Source: an uncultured Erysipelotrichaceae bacterium (lineage in GTDB: Bacteria; Bacillota_I; Bacilli_A; Erysipelotrichales; Erysipelotrichaceae). Taken from it: a stretch of 32,000 bases of DNA. The position numbers were made by a program, and so were the translations under genes. The notes under the pieces were generated by a model, which saw only the letters and a list, made by a program, of their open reading frames with translations, did no database searches and was not told where the DNA came from. The first letter of the stretch is position 1. Each line of letters begins with the position of its first letter. Positions 8,544 to 17,104 of the stretch are shown here, piece by piece. The stretch is taken from assembly GCA_942493105.1 (NCBI GenBank), contig OW818668.1, positions 1,620,001 to 1,652,000 of the forward strand. The letters run 5' to 3'.

Positions 8544-9194
8544 TTACTCTCCTTGTGTCAGCTCACTGTTGAGTCTGAATTTTATTTCCTTTAAGGTATC
8601 CTCTGCACTCCACGCCCCATACTCTTCAAAATGTAGGGGTGTACAATAGGCAACTGTAATTCTCTGATATCCAAATTTCATCAATGACTTTGCGTTTTTT
8701 ATGGCAACTGGAATGATCGCAGTCTTACTTAGGTATGCTGCATTTAGTATTGATGCATTTGATTGTTCATCTTCATTTATGAACACATGATAATTACGTT
8801 TTTTGATTAAACCTTGGCTCATTAGGATCAAATCATCTTCTTGGGGTTTGATGGAAAATCTTATAGATTCAATACACTCTAGAAAAGCAGTCATATACGG
8901 TAATCTTTCTTTTTGATCGATAAAGAAACTGAATACAAGCGGTTGAGCAGCTAATATGATCAAGCCGTCATATTTATCATTGTGTTTAGAAATAAACGTA
9001 TAACCGTCTTCTAAAGGGATGAGATGAGTATTCTTAACCTCAAGATGAACAGCTGCATTACGTATGATGAAATTAGCCCATATTTTTGAAATTTGATGTT
9101 TATCTGATAAATCTAGACCACGAGAATGAAGTCTTGAGAAAAACATCGTTGGATAAACAAAGATCATCTTAATGAAAATAAAGAAGCGCTTCAT
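8544..9194 (-). CDS. PlsC/LPLAT-family acyltransferase-like protein, divergent
   Basis: Hydrophobic N-terminus. An HX4D-type block (SKHNDKYDG) and a block IV-like IIPVAIKN are present. The block III region (FINEDEQ) diverges from FPEGT. Confidence 0.5.
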   Translation of the reverse strand: MKRFFIFIKMIFVYPTMFFSRLHSRGLDLSDKHQISKIWANFIIRNAAVHLEVKNTHLIPLEDGYTFISKHNDKYDGLIILAAQPLVFSFFIDQKERLPYMTAFLECIESIRFSIKPQEDDLILMSQGLIKKRNYHVFINEDEQSNASILNAAYLSKTAIIPVAIKNAKSLMKFGYQRITVAYCTPLHFEEYGAWSAEDTLKEIKFRLNSELTQGE

Positions 9195-9661
9195 TATTTG
9201 ATCCTCACATATCTTTTTTGGACGAAACCTTCATAGGCAACTTCTGTACTCAATTTGAAAGATTCAATATCAAATTTTGGAAAGAAGGTATCACAGGTAT
9301 ACTCACCAAATACTTCAGAAATAATCATTTCATCGACAAAATCAAGAGCAATTTCATATAGGCTTGCCCCACCAATAACAAAAACTGTATCCTGAGAGTT
9401 CTGTTTAGATTGAAAAAAAGCTTTGACATCATGGATCAAAATAATATTTTCAAAAGGCAATTCTAATTGATGTGTAACAACATAATTGGTTCGACCAACC
9501 AAGGCTTTCCCAATACTCTCTAAAGTCTTTCTGCCCATAATGATGCCATGACCTAAAGTGATCCGCTTAAACTCTTTCAGATCTTCTTTATTGACCCATG
9601 GCAACTTATTGTTGATGCCAATCCCATTGTTTCGATCCATCGCTACAATCAGTTTTAACAT
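9194..9661 (-). CDS. folA: dihydrofolate reductase
   Basis: DHFR signature LIVAMDRNNGIGINNKLPW...MGRKT...VIGG. 155 aa, with a 1-nt overlap with thyA. Confidence 0.9.
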   Translation of the reverse strand: MLKLIVAMDRNNGIGINNKLPWVNKEDLKEFKRITLGHGIIMGRKTLESIGKALVGRTNYVVTHQLELPFENIILIHDVKAFFQSKQNSQDTVFVIGGASLYEIALDFVDEMIISEVFGEYTCDTFFPKFDIESFKLSTEVAYEGFVQKRYVRIK

Positions 9662-10533
9662 TAAACACTGACCTTTGCTGGAATCAGAGGATATGGATCA
9701 TAATTCAAGAGTTCAATATCTTCATATTTAAAATCATAAATAGATGTGATATCAGGATTCAATCTTAATATCGGGAGTGTTTTTGGTGTTCTTGAGAGCT
9801 GAGTTTTAACTTGCTCAAGATGATCGAGATAGATATGTACGTCGCCCATGGTATGAACAAAATCTTTGGCTTCATATCCACAAACTTGGGCAATCATATG
9901 AGTCAACAAAGCATAGGATGCAATATTGAACGGAACACCCAAGAAAACATCAGCGCTTCGTTGATACAATTGACACGAGAGATATTTTCTATCTGCAGAT
10001 ACATAAAACTGCATCAATAAATGACAAGGTGGTAAAGCCATGTTTGTCAGTTCCGCAGGATTCCATGCACTTAAGATATGGCGTCTTGAAAAAGGTTCAT
10101 TCTTAAGCTGTTCAATCAAAACACTAAGTTGATCGACACCATTAAAATTACGCCATTGTTTACCATAGACCGGACCTAAATCACCATACTTTAAAGCAAA
10201 CGTTTCATCTTCTTTTATCTTAGATATAAATTCATCCATAGATTCGCCACTAAACGCTGCAGATTTCCTGAATTTATCATAAGGCCAATCATTCCAGATC
10301 CTAACGCCGTTTAAAACCAATGGACGTATGTTTGTATTCCCAGTAATAAACCAAAGCAACTCATGAACAACTGATTTAAAGTGAACTTTCTTCGTCGTTA
10401 AAAGAGGAAATCCGTTTCTTAAATCAACCCTGAATTGATATCCAAATTCTGATATCGTACCAGTTGATGTTCGATCTTGACGCTGTTCCCCATGATCTAA
10501 AATATGTTGTAATAAAGTTTGATACTCTTTCAT
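9661..10533 (-). CDS. thyA: thymidylate synthase (ThyA type)
   Basis: Strong ThyA similarity: DRTSTGT, the catalytic Cys context [11 protein letters not shown], and [28 protein letters not shown] upstream. Confidence 0.95.
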   Translation of the reverse strand: MKEYQTLLQHILDHGEQRQDRTSTGTISEFGYQFRVDLRNGFPLLTTKKVHFKSVVHELLWFITGNTNIRPLVLNGVRIWNDWPYDKFRKSAAFSGESMDEFISKIKEDETFALKYGDLGPVYGKQWRNFNGVDQLSVLIEQLKNEPFSRRHILSAWNPAELTNMALPPCHLLMQFYVSADRKYLSCQLYQRSADVFLGVPFNIASYALLTHMIAQVCGYEAKDFVHTMGDVHIYLDHLEQVKTQLSRTPKTLPILRLNPDITSIYDFKYEDIELLNYDPYPLIPAKVSV

Positions 10534-10567
10534 AAGAACCTCCTAATTATTATACAACAAAAAGCCT

Positions 10568-10593
10568 AACAAAAAGAAACGCAGAACGTTTCT
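10568..10593 (-). terminator. putative terminator after the SSB-like gene
   Basis: Minus strand reads AGAAACG-UUCUG-CGUUUCU followed by UUUUGUU. The 7-bp stem has only 3 GC pairs and overlaps the TAG stop. Confidence 0.45.
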
Positions 10594-10912
10594 ATTTTGT
10601 AGTTAAGAAGGATACCTTTTCTGCAATGACTTCGCAATAATGAAACGGTTTGTTTTCTTTAGTGTCAAATGCATTGGCTTGTAAACGACCTTTGATCCCA
10701 ACAAGCGATCCTACAGCACATTGTTCAATGGCACTTTCTGCAATTCCTCTCCAAAGTGTACATTGGATCTGATCTGTTTCATACTCCCCTTGCGAGTTTT
10801 TAAAATTACGATCTACTTCAACCAACAATTCTGCAAGTTTGATTCCTGCTGCAGTTTCCTTGATTTCAGGAAGTTTTAAAACTTTACCTACGATGACGAC
10901 TTGATTTAGCAT
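10592..10912 (-). CDS. single-stranded DNA-binding protein paralogue, OB fold only (no acidic C-terminal tail)
   Basis: Aligns with the SSB OB domain: MLNQVVIVGKV..P...T..G...A.L.V.V.R.F.N..GE.E.D.I.C..W...AE......KGSLVGI.GRLQ. It ends at 106 aa with ...VSFLTTK and lacks a Gly/Pro linker or a DDD(I/L)PF tip. AGGAGG SD upstream. Confidence 0.75.
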   Translation of the reverse strand: MLNQVVIVGKVLKLPEIKETAAGIKLAELLVEVDRNFKNSQGEYETDQIQCTLWRGIAESAIEQCAVGSLVGIKGRLQANAFDTKENKPFHYCEVIAEKVSFLTTK

Positions 10913-11003
10913 GTTTGCCTCCTGAGCAACAGTTTGACATTGTTACCAGGTTTACTCAAATCGCAGTTTATGCACGAATATTCTTTAAATTTACCAATTC
11001 GCC

Positions 11004-12308
11004 CTAATCGTTTGTGTCATTTTGACCAGTTTGACTTCTTTCAATAATAATGACTGATTTATGTTGAGTCTCTAAAATACTGCCAACCTCTAGAATATCT
11101 GATGAATTAAGATTGTTAATGATTTCAATGGTGTCTTCTAATCTTAGTGATGAAAAATAACTACGGATATAATGAATCGCATAATCATCTTGATCATCTA
11201 GTAAACGATAAGCATAAGAAAGATATCGACGTTTTAGTTGCTTAAGATAAGGCAACAAAGGATTAATATCAGTTTTAAGGGTCGATTCAATCAATTTAAC
11301 GAAAGTATCCTTGTCTTCTGTTTCCCCATAAAACATGACATACCAATAGTTCTTATTGAATTCAACGTCATACCCAAAATAATCATGGATGATTCCATTT
11401 TTAACCCAATTTTCATAATCTGGATTGATGCTTGTAAAAAGTAGTTCAAGATAAATCTTAAGTTTCCACTCTAAGTTAGATCTTTCGAACTCACTTAAGT
11501 TTTGAGGTTTTAGTTTAAATGAATAAGTTAGTTTCGAAGATTGAATGTCCATAGGTACGATTTTTAAATCTGAAGTAACCAATTCAGGTTCAATAATCTC
11601 AACATCTTCAAGTTTAAGATGTGGATCAAATGATTTAATGGCTTGATTTTCTTTAACGATAGAACATAGAAGTTCAGGATCTAGAGAACTGACAATGACC
11701 AATAGTGCATTTTTAGGATGATAATTTAATTTAAAGCATAAATCAAGTTCTTCTTTGGTGATTGCATTGACACTTTCTTCCGATCCGCCAATATCAAATT
11801 TAATTGGATTCTGTGAATAAAGCGCTTGAAGTGTTTCAAACATCAATCGTGATTCTGGCATTTGATGATAAGAACGTAATTCCTGAATGATGATCTGCTT
11901 TTCTTTATCAACAGATTCTGTTGTTATATTCAGTTCTTGAACAAAATCGAGCAATAGATTTAAAGGTTCTTTAATATCTAAAGAACTTGTATTAAAGTAA
12001 TATGCGGTTTCATTAGCAGAGGTAAATGCATTCACATTGCACGATAACATACTAAAGCGTTCCATAACATCCAACCCTTTATGGTTTTCAAATAATTTAT
12101 GTTCAAGAAAGTGAGCAGATCCTGGATTGAACTGAAATTGCTTTCCTTGCTGATCTTGTTGCATTATGTTGAGTGAACCATATGGAAAAGCCAAGTAGGC
12201 AGAACTTGTAACATTCTTTATTTTATGCAAAATGACCAGATTTAACCCATTATCAAGTGTTTCTATATAAATGGTTTCATTTAGATTTTCATTATAGTAA
12301 TTTTTCAT
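11004..12308 (-). CDS. ymfH: M16B zinc peptidase, catalytically competent subunit (YmfH-like)
   Basis: Inverted zinc motif HFLEH (GSAHFLEHKLFE) with downstream ...NAFTSANETAYY. 434 aa, directly after the partner gene. Confidence 0.85.
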   Translation of the reverse strand: MKNYYNENLNETIYIETLDNGLNLVILHKIKNVTSSAYLAFPYGSLNIMQQDQQGKQFQFNPGSAHFLEHKLFENHKGLDVMERFSMLSCNVNAFTSANETAYYFNTSSLDIKEPLNLLLDFVQELNITTESVDKEKQIIIQELRSYHQMPESRLMFETLQALYSQNPIKFDIGGSEESVNAITKEELDLCFKLNYHPKNALLVIVSSLDPELLCSIVKENQAIKSFDPHLKLEDVEIIEPELVTSDLKIVPMDIQSSKLTYSFKLKPQNLSEFERSNLEWKLKIYLELLFTSINPDYENWVKNGIIHDYFGYDVEFNKNYWYVMFYGETEDKDTFVKLIESTLKTDINPLLPYLKQLKRRYLSYAYRLLDDQDDYAIHYIRSYFSSLRLEDTIEIINNLNSSDILEVGSILETQHKSVIIIERSQTGQNDTND

Positions 12309-12311
12309 TGT

Positions 12312-13532
12312 TTATTCCTGCCCTACTACAGTGTACGTACATAAGCGTTTTAAATGCAAAGCAGCATCTACGATATTTCTTCGTTCAACTTGATCTATTT
12401 CTTTTAAATAATCTTCTACAACAAAAGATTTGTTTAATAACCAAGCAGAAAAAGACATATTGATCCATGAATACACATCATCTTCAATTGACACGATATT
12501 GTTTTTAAGTAGAGATTTCGCTGATAAGAATAATGCGTCAGTAAATTCATCCCTTTTTAATACTTCAATTTGTTCATCGATCAGCTGCAATACTAATTCT
12601 CGTTGATTTTTACTGATACCCGTATGAATCGATAATATTCCATCATAATGCATCAGACTACAGTAAATGCTGTAACACAAATTTCTTTTCTCTCTAATTT
12701 CTGTAAACAATAGTGAATTAGGTAAAGTTCCCAACAGATACGACATGACCCGATAACTCATGTAATTTGGATCCGTATTGTTTATATCCATCGTATATAA
12801 AGATACTAAAGATGTCTGCTTAACTTTTTTTATTGACTTATCTTCTAAATATGGTTTATTTGATACACAGTATGAGGCCATGATGGGTTTATTTTGTTTA
12901 GGAAACATGTTTCTTAAAACATCAAGATATTTCTCATCGATTTGTCCGATCCCCATGACAAACACATCATCTTCAACTAACATTTTATTTAGATATGATC
13001 TTATTTCTTCAATTGTGATCTTATTGAGAATATCTGCTCTGCCTTGACTAAACACAGACAAAGGTTCATGGCTTGCTCCCAAAGCATATGCTTTTATCGC
13101 AGCCAAGGTATTGGGTTTATCATAAATTCGTTTCAAATTTGAAGACATGTTTTGTTTTGCTTCACTAAATGTTTCCTCATTGATAAGAGGTTTTTTAATG
13201 CATGCTTCAATAAACTCTAATGCATCTTTTAAATGCGTTTCCTTTGAATAGCGTTCACTTAGTGTCGTGAATTTCATATCTAAGACATGTTTTGTACCAT
13301 AAGCCATCGTTTTAGCATCATAACTTAAGGCAAAGAGTTCATCTGTTTTTAAATTAATGCTTTGTTTGGTTCGAAGATCTTCATTTCGATCCGTCATAAG
13401 ATAGGCCAAAAGATTTCTCATCGTAACTTCAGGTTCTTTGTTGTCTGTAATAAAACGAATTGAAAAATGGACGTCTTTAAATTTATCTTGAATAATGATT
13501 TGAATGTTATCTGCTTTATTTGTGTTGACCAT
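12312..13532 (-). CDS. ymfF: M16B peptidase-like, non-catalytic subunit (YmfF-like)
   Basis: M16 fold signatures (LFTEIREKRNLCYSIY) but no HxxEH anywhere; the equivalent region reads LLAYLM. Start trimmed to ATG 13532 (AGAGGAA SD). The track start at 13610 would overlap the divergent pncB start. Confidence 0.8.
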   Translation of the reverse strand: MVNTNKADNIQIIIQDKFKDVHFSIRFITDNKEPEVTMRNLLAYLMTDRNEDLRTKQSINLKTDELFALSYDAKTMAYGTKHVLDMKFTTLSERYSKETHLKDALEFIEACIKKPLINEETFSEAKQNMSSNLKRIYDKPNTLAAIKAYALGASHEPLSVFSQGRADILNKITIEEIRSYLNKMLVEDDVFVMGIGQIDEKYLDVLRNMFPKQNKPIMASYCVSNKPYLEDKSIKKVKQTSLVSLYTMDINNTDPNYMSYRVMSYLLGTLPNSLLFTEIREKRNLCYSIYCSLMHYDGILSIHTGISKNQRELVLQLIDEQIEVLKRDEFTDALFLSAKSLLKNNIVSIEDDVYSWINMSFSAWLLNKSFVVEDYLKEIDQVERRNIVDAALHLKRLCTYTVVGQE

Positions 13533-13602
13533 GTGTTCCTCTAAAAAGATTACTAAAATAGTATATACTAAAAGTATCCAAACAAAAAGAAAGACAACTG
13601 AC
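13533..13602. promoter_or_regulatory. divergent promoter/operator region between ymfF-like and pncB
   Basis: 70-bp AT-rich spacer with a perfect 12-bp palindrome TAGTATATACTA (13559-13570), which gives a TATACT -10-like hexamer on each strand. TACTAAAA is repeated at 13551 and 13566. The -35 elements are weak. Confidence 0.35.
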
Positions 13603-15048
13603 ATGCCCATTCAATTCGATCAATTATCACTCTTGACGGACTTCTACGAGTTCACTATGGCTTATACCTATTTCAAAGAAAAGAAACATGAAAATATCGC
13701 CTATTTCGATATGTTTGTCAGATCAATTCCTGATAGTGGCGGTTTTATGATTTTTAATGGATTAAATCGTCTGATTACGGTCATTGAAAATTTTAAATTC
13801 ACTGAAGATGATATAAGTTTTTTGAGAAAGACTTATGCATTTGATGAAGATTTTCTGAATTATTTATTGAATATGCGACTTCATTTGGATATTTGGTCTG
13901 TAGAAGAAGGTACACCTGTTTTTGCGAATGAACCTTTGGTTACAGTCAGAGGCAATTTGATTCAAGCACAGATCATTGAGACAATTCTATTGATTTGTAT
14001 CAATTATCCAATCTTGGTTACCACCAAATCTGCTCGAATCGTATCAGCAGCCAAAGGTAGAGCTGTCATGGAATTTGGAGCAAGACGAGCCCAAGGAATC
14101 GATGCTTCTTTAGAAGGAGCGCGAAATGCTGTTATTGCTGGGTGTGTTGGAACATCCAATACTTTAGCTGGATTGACTTATGGAGTCCCTATTTCAGGGA
14201 CCATTGCTCATAGTTACATTCAACTTCATGAAACTGAGTATGAAGCTTTTTTGAATTATTGTAAAATCAATCCAACCAACAGTGTTTTATTGGTTGATAC
14301 TTATGATACTTTAAAAAGTGGTGTGGTTAATGCAATAAAAGTTGCCCATGATTATTTGATACCCAACGGATATAAATTGAATGCAATTCGACTAGATAGT
14401 GGAGATTTGGCTTACTTATCTAAGAAAGCAAGAATCATGCTGGATGAAGCTGGTTTACATAGCACAAAGATCATTGCTTCTAATTCATTGGATGAGTTTA
14501 TCATCGATGATTTGATTTTGCAGGATGCTAAAATTGACATATTTGGAGTGGGTGAGAATCTTGTTACAGCCAAATCAAACCCAGTTTTAGGTGGTGTATA
14601 TAAAGTTGTAGCTTATGAAAAAGATGAAGAAATCATCCCCGTCATTAAAATCTCAGATAACATTACAAAGATAACTAATCCTGGATTGAAGAAGTTGATC
14701 CGTTTTTATGATAATGAATCAAAGAAAGCGTTGGCTGACTTGATTTGTTTGGCTGATGAAGTCATCCCATTAGATTCATATACTCTTTTTGATCCAGATT
14801 ATCCATGGAAAAAGAAAACGATCACCAATTATTCGTATAGACTTCTTCAAGTACCTGTCTTCGTTAATGGATTCTTGGTTTATAATCGAAAAACTACACT
14901 ACAAACAAAAGCTTATTGTAAAGATCAAATGGAAACCTTATGGGATGAAGTCAAACGACTTAGAAATCCACATAATTATTATGTTGATTTATCCGATAAA
15001 TTATGGAATCTGAAACACGATTTAATCGATAAGAATAAAAAAGTCTAG
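13603..15048 (+). CDS. pncB: nicotinate phosphoribosyltransferase
   Basis: Full-length NAPRTase similarity (LLTDFYEFTMAY..., FGARRAQG, GTSN, SGTIAHSYIQ, RLDSGDL). Start set at ATG 13603 (MPIQFDQ), because the upstream part of the track ORF lies in the divergent intergenic region. Confidence 0.92.
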   Translation: MPIQFDQLSLLTDFYEFTMAYTYFKEKKHENIAYFDMFVRSIPDSGGFMIFNGLNRLITVIENFKFTEDDISFLRKTYAFDEDFLNYLLNMRLHLDIWSVEEGTPVFANEPLVTVRGNLIQAQIIETILLICINYPILVTTKSARIVSAAKGRAVMEFGARRAQGIDASLEGARNAVIAGCVGTSNTLAGLTYGVPISGTIAHSYIQLHETEYEAFLNYCKINPTNSVLLVDTYDTLKSGVVNAIKVAHDYLIPNGYKLNAIRLDSGDLAYLSKKARIMLDEAGLHSTKIIASNSLDEFIIDDLILQDAKIDIFGVGENLVTAKSNPVLGGVYKVVAYEKDEEIIPVIKISDNITKITNPGLKKLIRFYDNESKKALADLICLADEVIPLDSYTLFDPDYPWKKKTITNYSYRLLQVPVFVNGFLVYNRKTTLQTKAYCKDQMETLWDEVKRLRNPHNYYVDLSDKLWNLKHDLIDKNKKV

Positions 15049-15069
15049 GATTTCCTAGACTTTTCTTTG
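15038..15069. terminator. bidirectional rho-independent terminator between convergent pncB and the nucleoside ABC operon
   Basis: AAAAA-GTCTAGG-ATTT-CCTAGAC-TTTTCTTT. The stem overlaps the pncB TAG, with an A-run on one side and a T-run on the other. Confidence 0.7.
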
Positions 15070-15071
15070 TG

Positions 15072-16025
15072 TTAACGTTTACCTTGATCGTAAGGTTCAC
15101 CTGCAGCTTTAGGTGCTGCAGATTTTTTTGACGTGAAAGTCAAGACGATCAAAGTGGCTAAATAAGGCAAGATCTTATAAACAGCTGAAGGTAACTTTAA
15201 GACCGCAAGAAACGGAATAATCGAAGCAACATTGGCGATCGTCGAAGTGATACCAAAGAAAACTGCCGCTAAGAAGATTTTAGTGGGGTTCCATTGACCA
15301 AAGATCAAGACTGCTAAAGCTAAGAATCCATAACCTAAAACATCACCACTAAAATTAGTTGTGATAGGTACGATTAAAACAAGACCACCAAGTCCAGCCA
15401 AAGCACCAGATATCATAACCCCCGCATAACGCATTCTGGTGACATTGATCCCGGCTGCATCTGCTGCTTGGGGATGTTCACCGCAAGCTCTCAGTCGTAA
15501 ACCAAAACGTGTTTTAAACAAAAAATAAGACGAAATTAAAAGTAAAACTACTCCAATATAGGTAAATAAATATGTGTTCTTAAAGAAGAAATCTCCAATC
15601 AAAGGAATATCTCCAAGCACTGGTACTTTCGCAATTCTAAATGTATTTTTAAAATCGATTTGTTTAGCACCTACTAAAACTTTGGCAGTATAGATGGTGA
15701 ATGCGGCAGCGAAAAGATTTAATGCTGTGCCTGATATGGTTTGATTGGCTTTCATATTGATGGAAGCATAGGCATGAAACAATGAATATAGAACTCCCAT
15801 CGTGATTGAAACCAACATTGCTACAATGATCAGTATCTGATCTGGCATCGTTCCAGTAAACAAACGAATAAAGAAAATCCCAAAGAATGCCCCAATGATC
15901 ATGATGCCTTCAAGGGCAATATTAACGACACCGCTTCGTTCTGAAAACATGCCTCCTAATGCAACGATCATTAAAGGAACAATGAATAAGAATGAATTCT
16001 GGACTACAAAATAGATGATGTTCAT
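15072..16025 (-). CDS. nupQ: nucleoside (BMP-family) ABC transporter permease
   Basis: Polytopic membrane protein of the RbsC/YufQ type, 317 aa. It is the last gene of a lipoprotein-ATPase-permease-permease operon and has a 4-nt overlap with the upstream permease. Confidence 0.82.
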   Translation of the reverse strand: MNIIYFVVQNSFLFIVPLMIVALGGMFSERSGVVNIALEGIMIIGAFFGIFFIRLFTGTMPDQILIIVAMLVSITMGVLYSLFHAYASINMKANQTISGTALNLFAAAFTIYTAKVLVGAKQIDFKNTFRIAKVPVLGDIPLIGDFFFKNTYLFTYIGVVLLLISSYFLFKTRFGLRLRACGEHPQAADAAGINVTRMRYAGVMISGALAGLGGLVLIVPITTNFSGDVLGYGFLALAVLIFGQWNPTKIFLAAVFFGITSTIANVASIIPFLAVLKLPSAVYKILPYLATLIVLTFTSKKSAAPKAAGEPYDQGKR

Positions 16026-17104
16026 TTTTTAGCCTCAAACTTTCTTAAGACATAAACGATCTTAGATCTAAAGAAGAATGATAAAGCACTTAGATATATA
16101 ATGACAGCCACCATTAAATCAACGATTTCAGGCATGATCGGATACCACTGAAGATAAAAACCACCGATTTTGATATATCCAATAAATATACCAGCAAAAA
16201 TGATCCCAATTGGATTACTTAAACCTAGTAATGCGACAGATATGCCCGTAAAGCCCTCTGGATACTGCAACAAGAGGTCAATGATCTCAAAGTACCTAGC
16301 AGAACCAGCCAAGTACATAACCCCGCCAGCAAGCCCCGCAAAGCTTCCTGAGATGACCATTGATAACCAAATATTACGTTTAGAATTGATACCAGCATAT
16401 TCAGACGCAAAACGATTGTATCCGCATGCTTTCAACTCATATCCAAACGTTGTTTTTTCTAAGATGATGTAGGCAATGATGGCCATGAATACCGCTATAA
16501 AGAAACCAACATTTAAACTAGAGTTCGTAAAGATCTTATCTAGTCCAAATACAGGAAGATAAGCTCGAGTAGGCATAAGGGCTTGATTTTTCGTTGGATC
16601 AAAAATAGTGATTTTAATCATATAATTGACTAAATATAAGCCAATATAATTCATGATGATCGATGAGATGACCTCATTTACATTTCGATATGCTTTCAGA
16701 AGTCCTGGAATCAAAGCCCATAGAGCACCCGCAACAAATCCAGCAAGCAATGCCACCACCCAGTGAAATTCAACCGGGATAAAAGTCCATCTAACCCCAA
16801 CATAAACTGCCGCAAAAGCCCCTACGATAAATTGTCCAGTGGCCCCGATGTTGAATAAACCTGTTTTAAATGCAAATCCTACAGCTAATCCAGTTAGAAT
16901 AATTGGTCCAGCAGTGTATAAAACATTTCCGATACCCTGCATTCCACCATTAAATCCACCCATAAGCAATGTTGTTAATCCAACAAATGAGTATGGTGCA
17001 TTACTGATCAAAAGAACGATAAAACTGAATGCAAAACCGATAAGTATCGATAAAACCGAAGCTGATCCATTAATGACTGCTTTATTTTTCGATAGGTTCT
17101 TCAT
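16022..17104 (-). CDS. nupP: nucleoside (BMP-family) ABC transporter permease
   Basis: Polytopic membrane protein of the YufP type, 360 aa, with a 4-nt overlap with the ATPase gene. Confidence 0.82.
   Translation of the reverse strand: MKNLSKNKAVINGSASVLSILIGFAFSFIVLLISNAPYSFVGLTTLLMGGFNGGMQGIGNVLYTAGPIILTGLAVGFAFKTGLFNIGATGQFIVGAFAAVYVGVRWTFIPVEFHWVVALLAGFVAGALWALIPGLLKAYRNVNEVISSIIMNYIGLYLVNYMIKITIFDPTKNQALMPTRAYLPVFGLDKIFTNSSLNVGFFIAVFMAIIAYIILEKTTFGYELKACGYNRFASEYAGINSKRNIWLSMVISGSFAGLAGGVMYLAGSARYFEIIDLLLQYPEGFTGISVALLGLSNPIGIIFAGIFIGYIKIGGFYLQWYPIMPEIVDLMVAVIIYLSALSFFFRSKIVYVLRKFEAKK

Noticed and set aside
10534-10567. TATAAT hexamer (minus strand) just upstream of thyA as a dedicated thyA promoter
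   Set aside because: It lies only about 4 nt from the AGGAGG SD, so a transcript from it would lack the ribosome-binding site, and no properly spaced -35 exists. I therefore did not list it as a feature, and the promoter of the thyA-deoC array remains unidentified.
13504-13610. Long N-terminal extensions of pncB (start 13504) and of the M16-like gene (start 13610) that would make the divergent genes overlap head-to-head
   Set aside because: The extensions run through the AT-rich divergent spacer and have no SD. Internal ATGs at 13603 and 13532 give N-termini that match family expectations, and 13532 has a clear SD while 13603 has only a weak one. The same logic was applied to deoC (1047 to 1029), rluB (6021 to 5958), the ABC ATPase (18666 to 18627), the lipoprotein (19822 to 19804), miaB (25221 to 25152) and the orphan (4541 to 4526).
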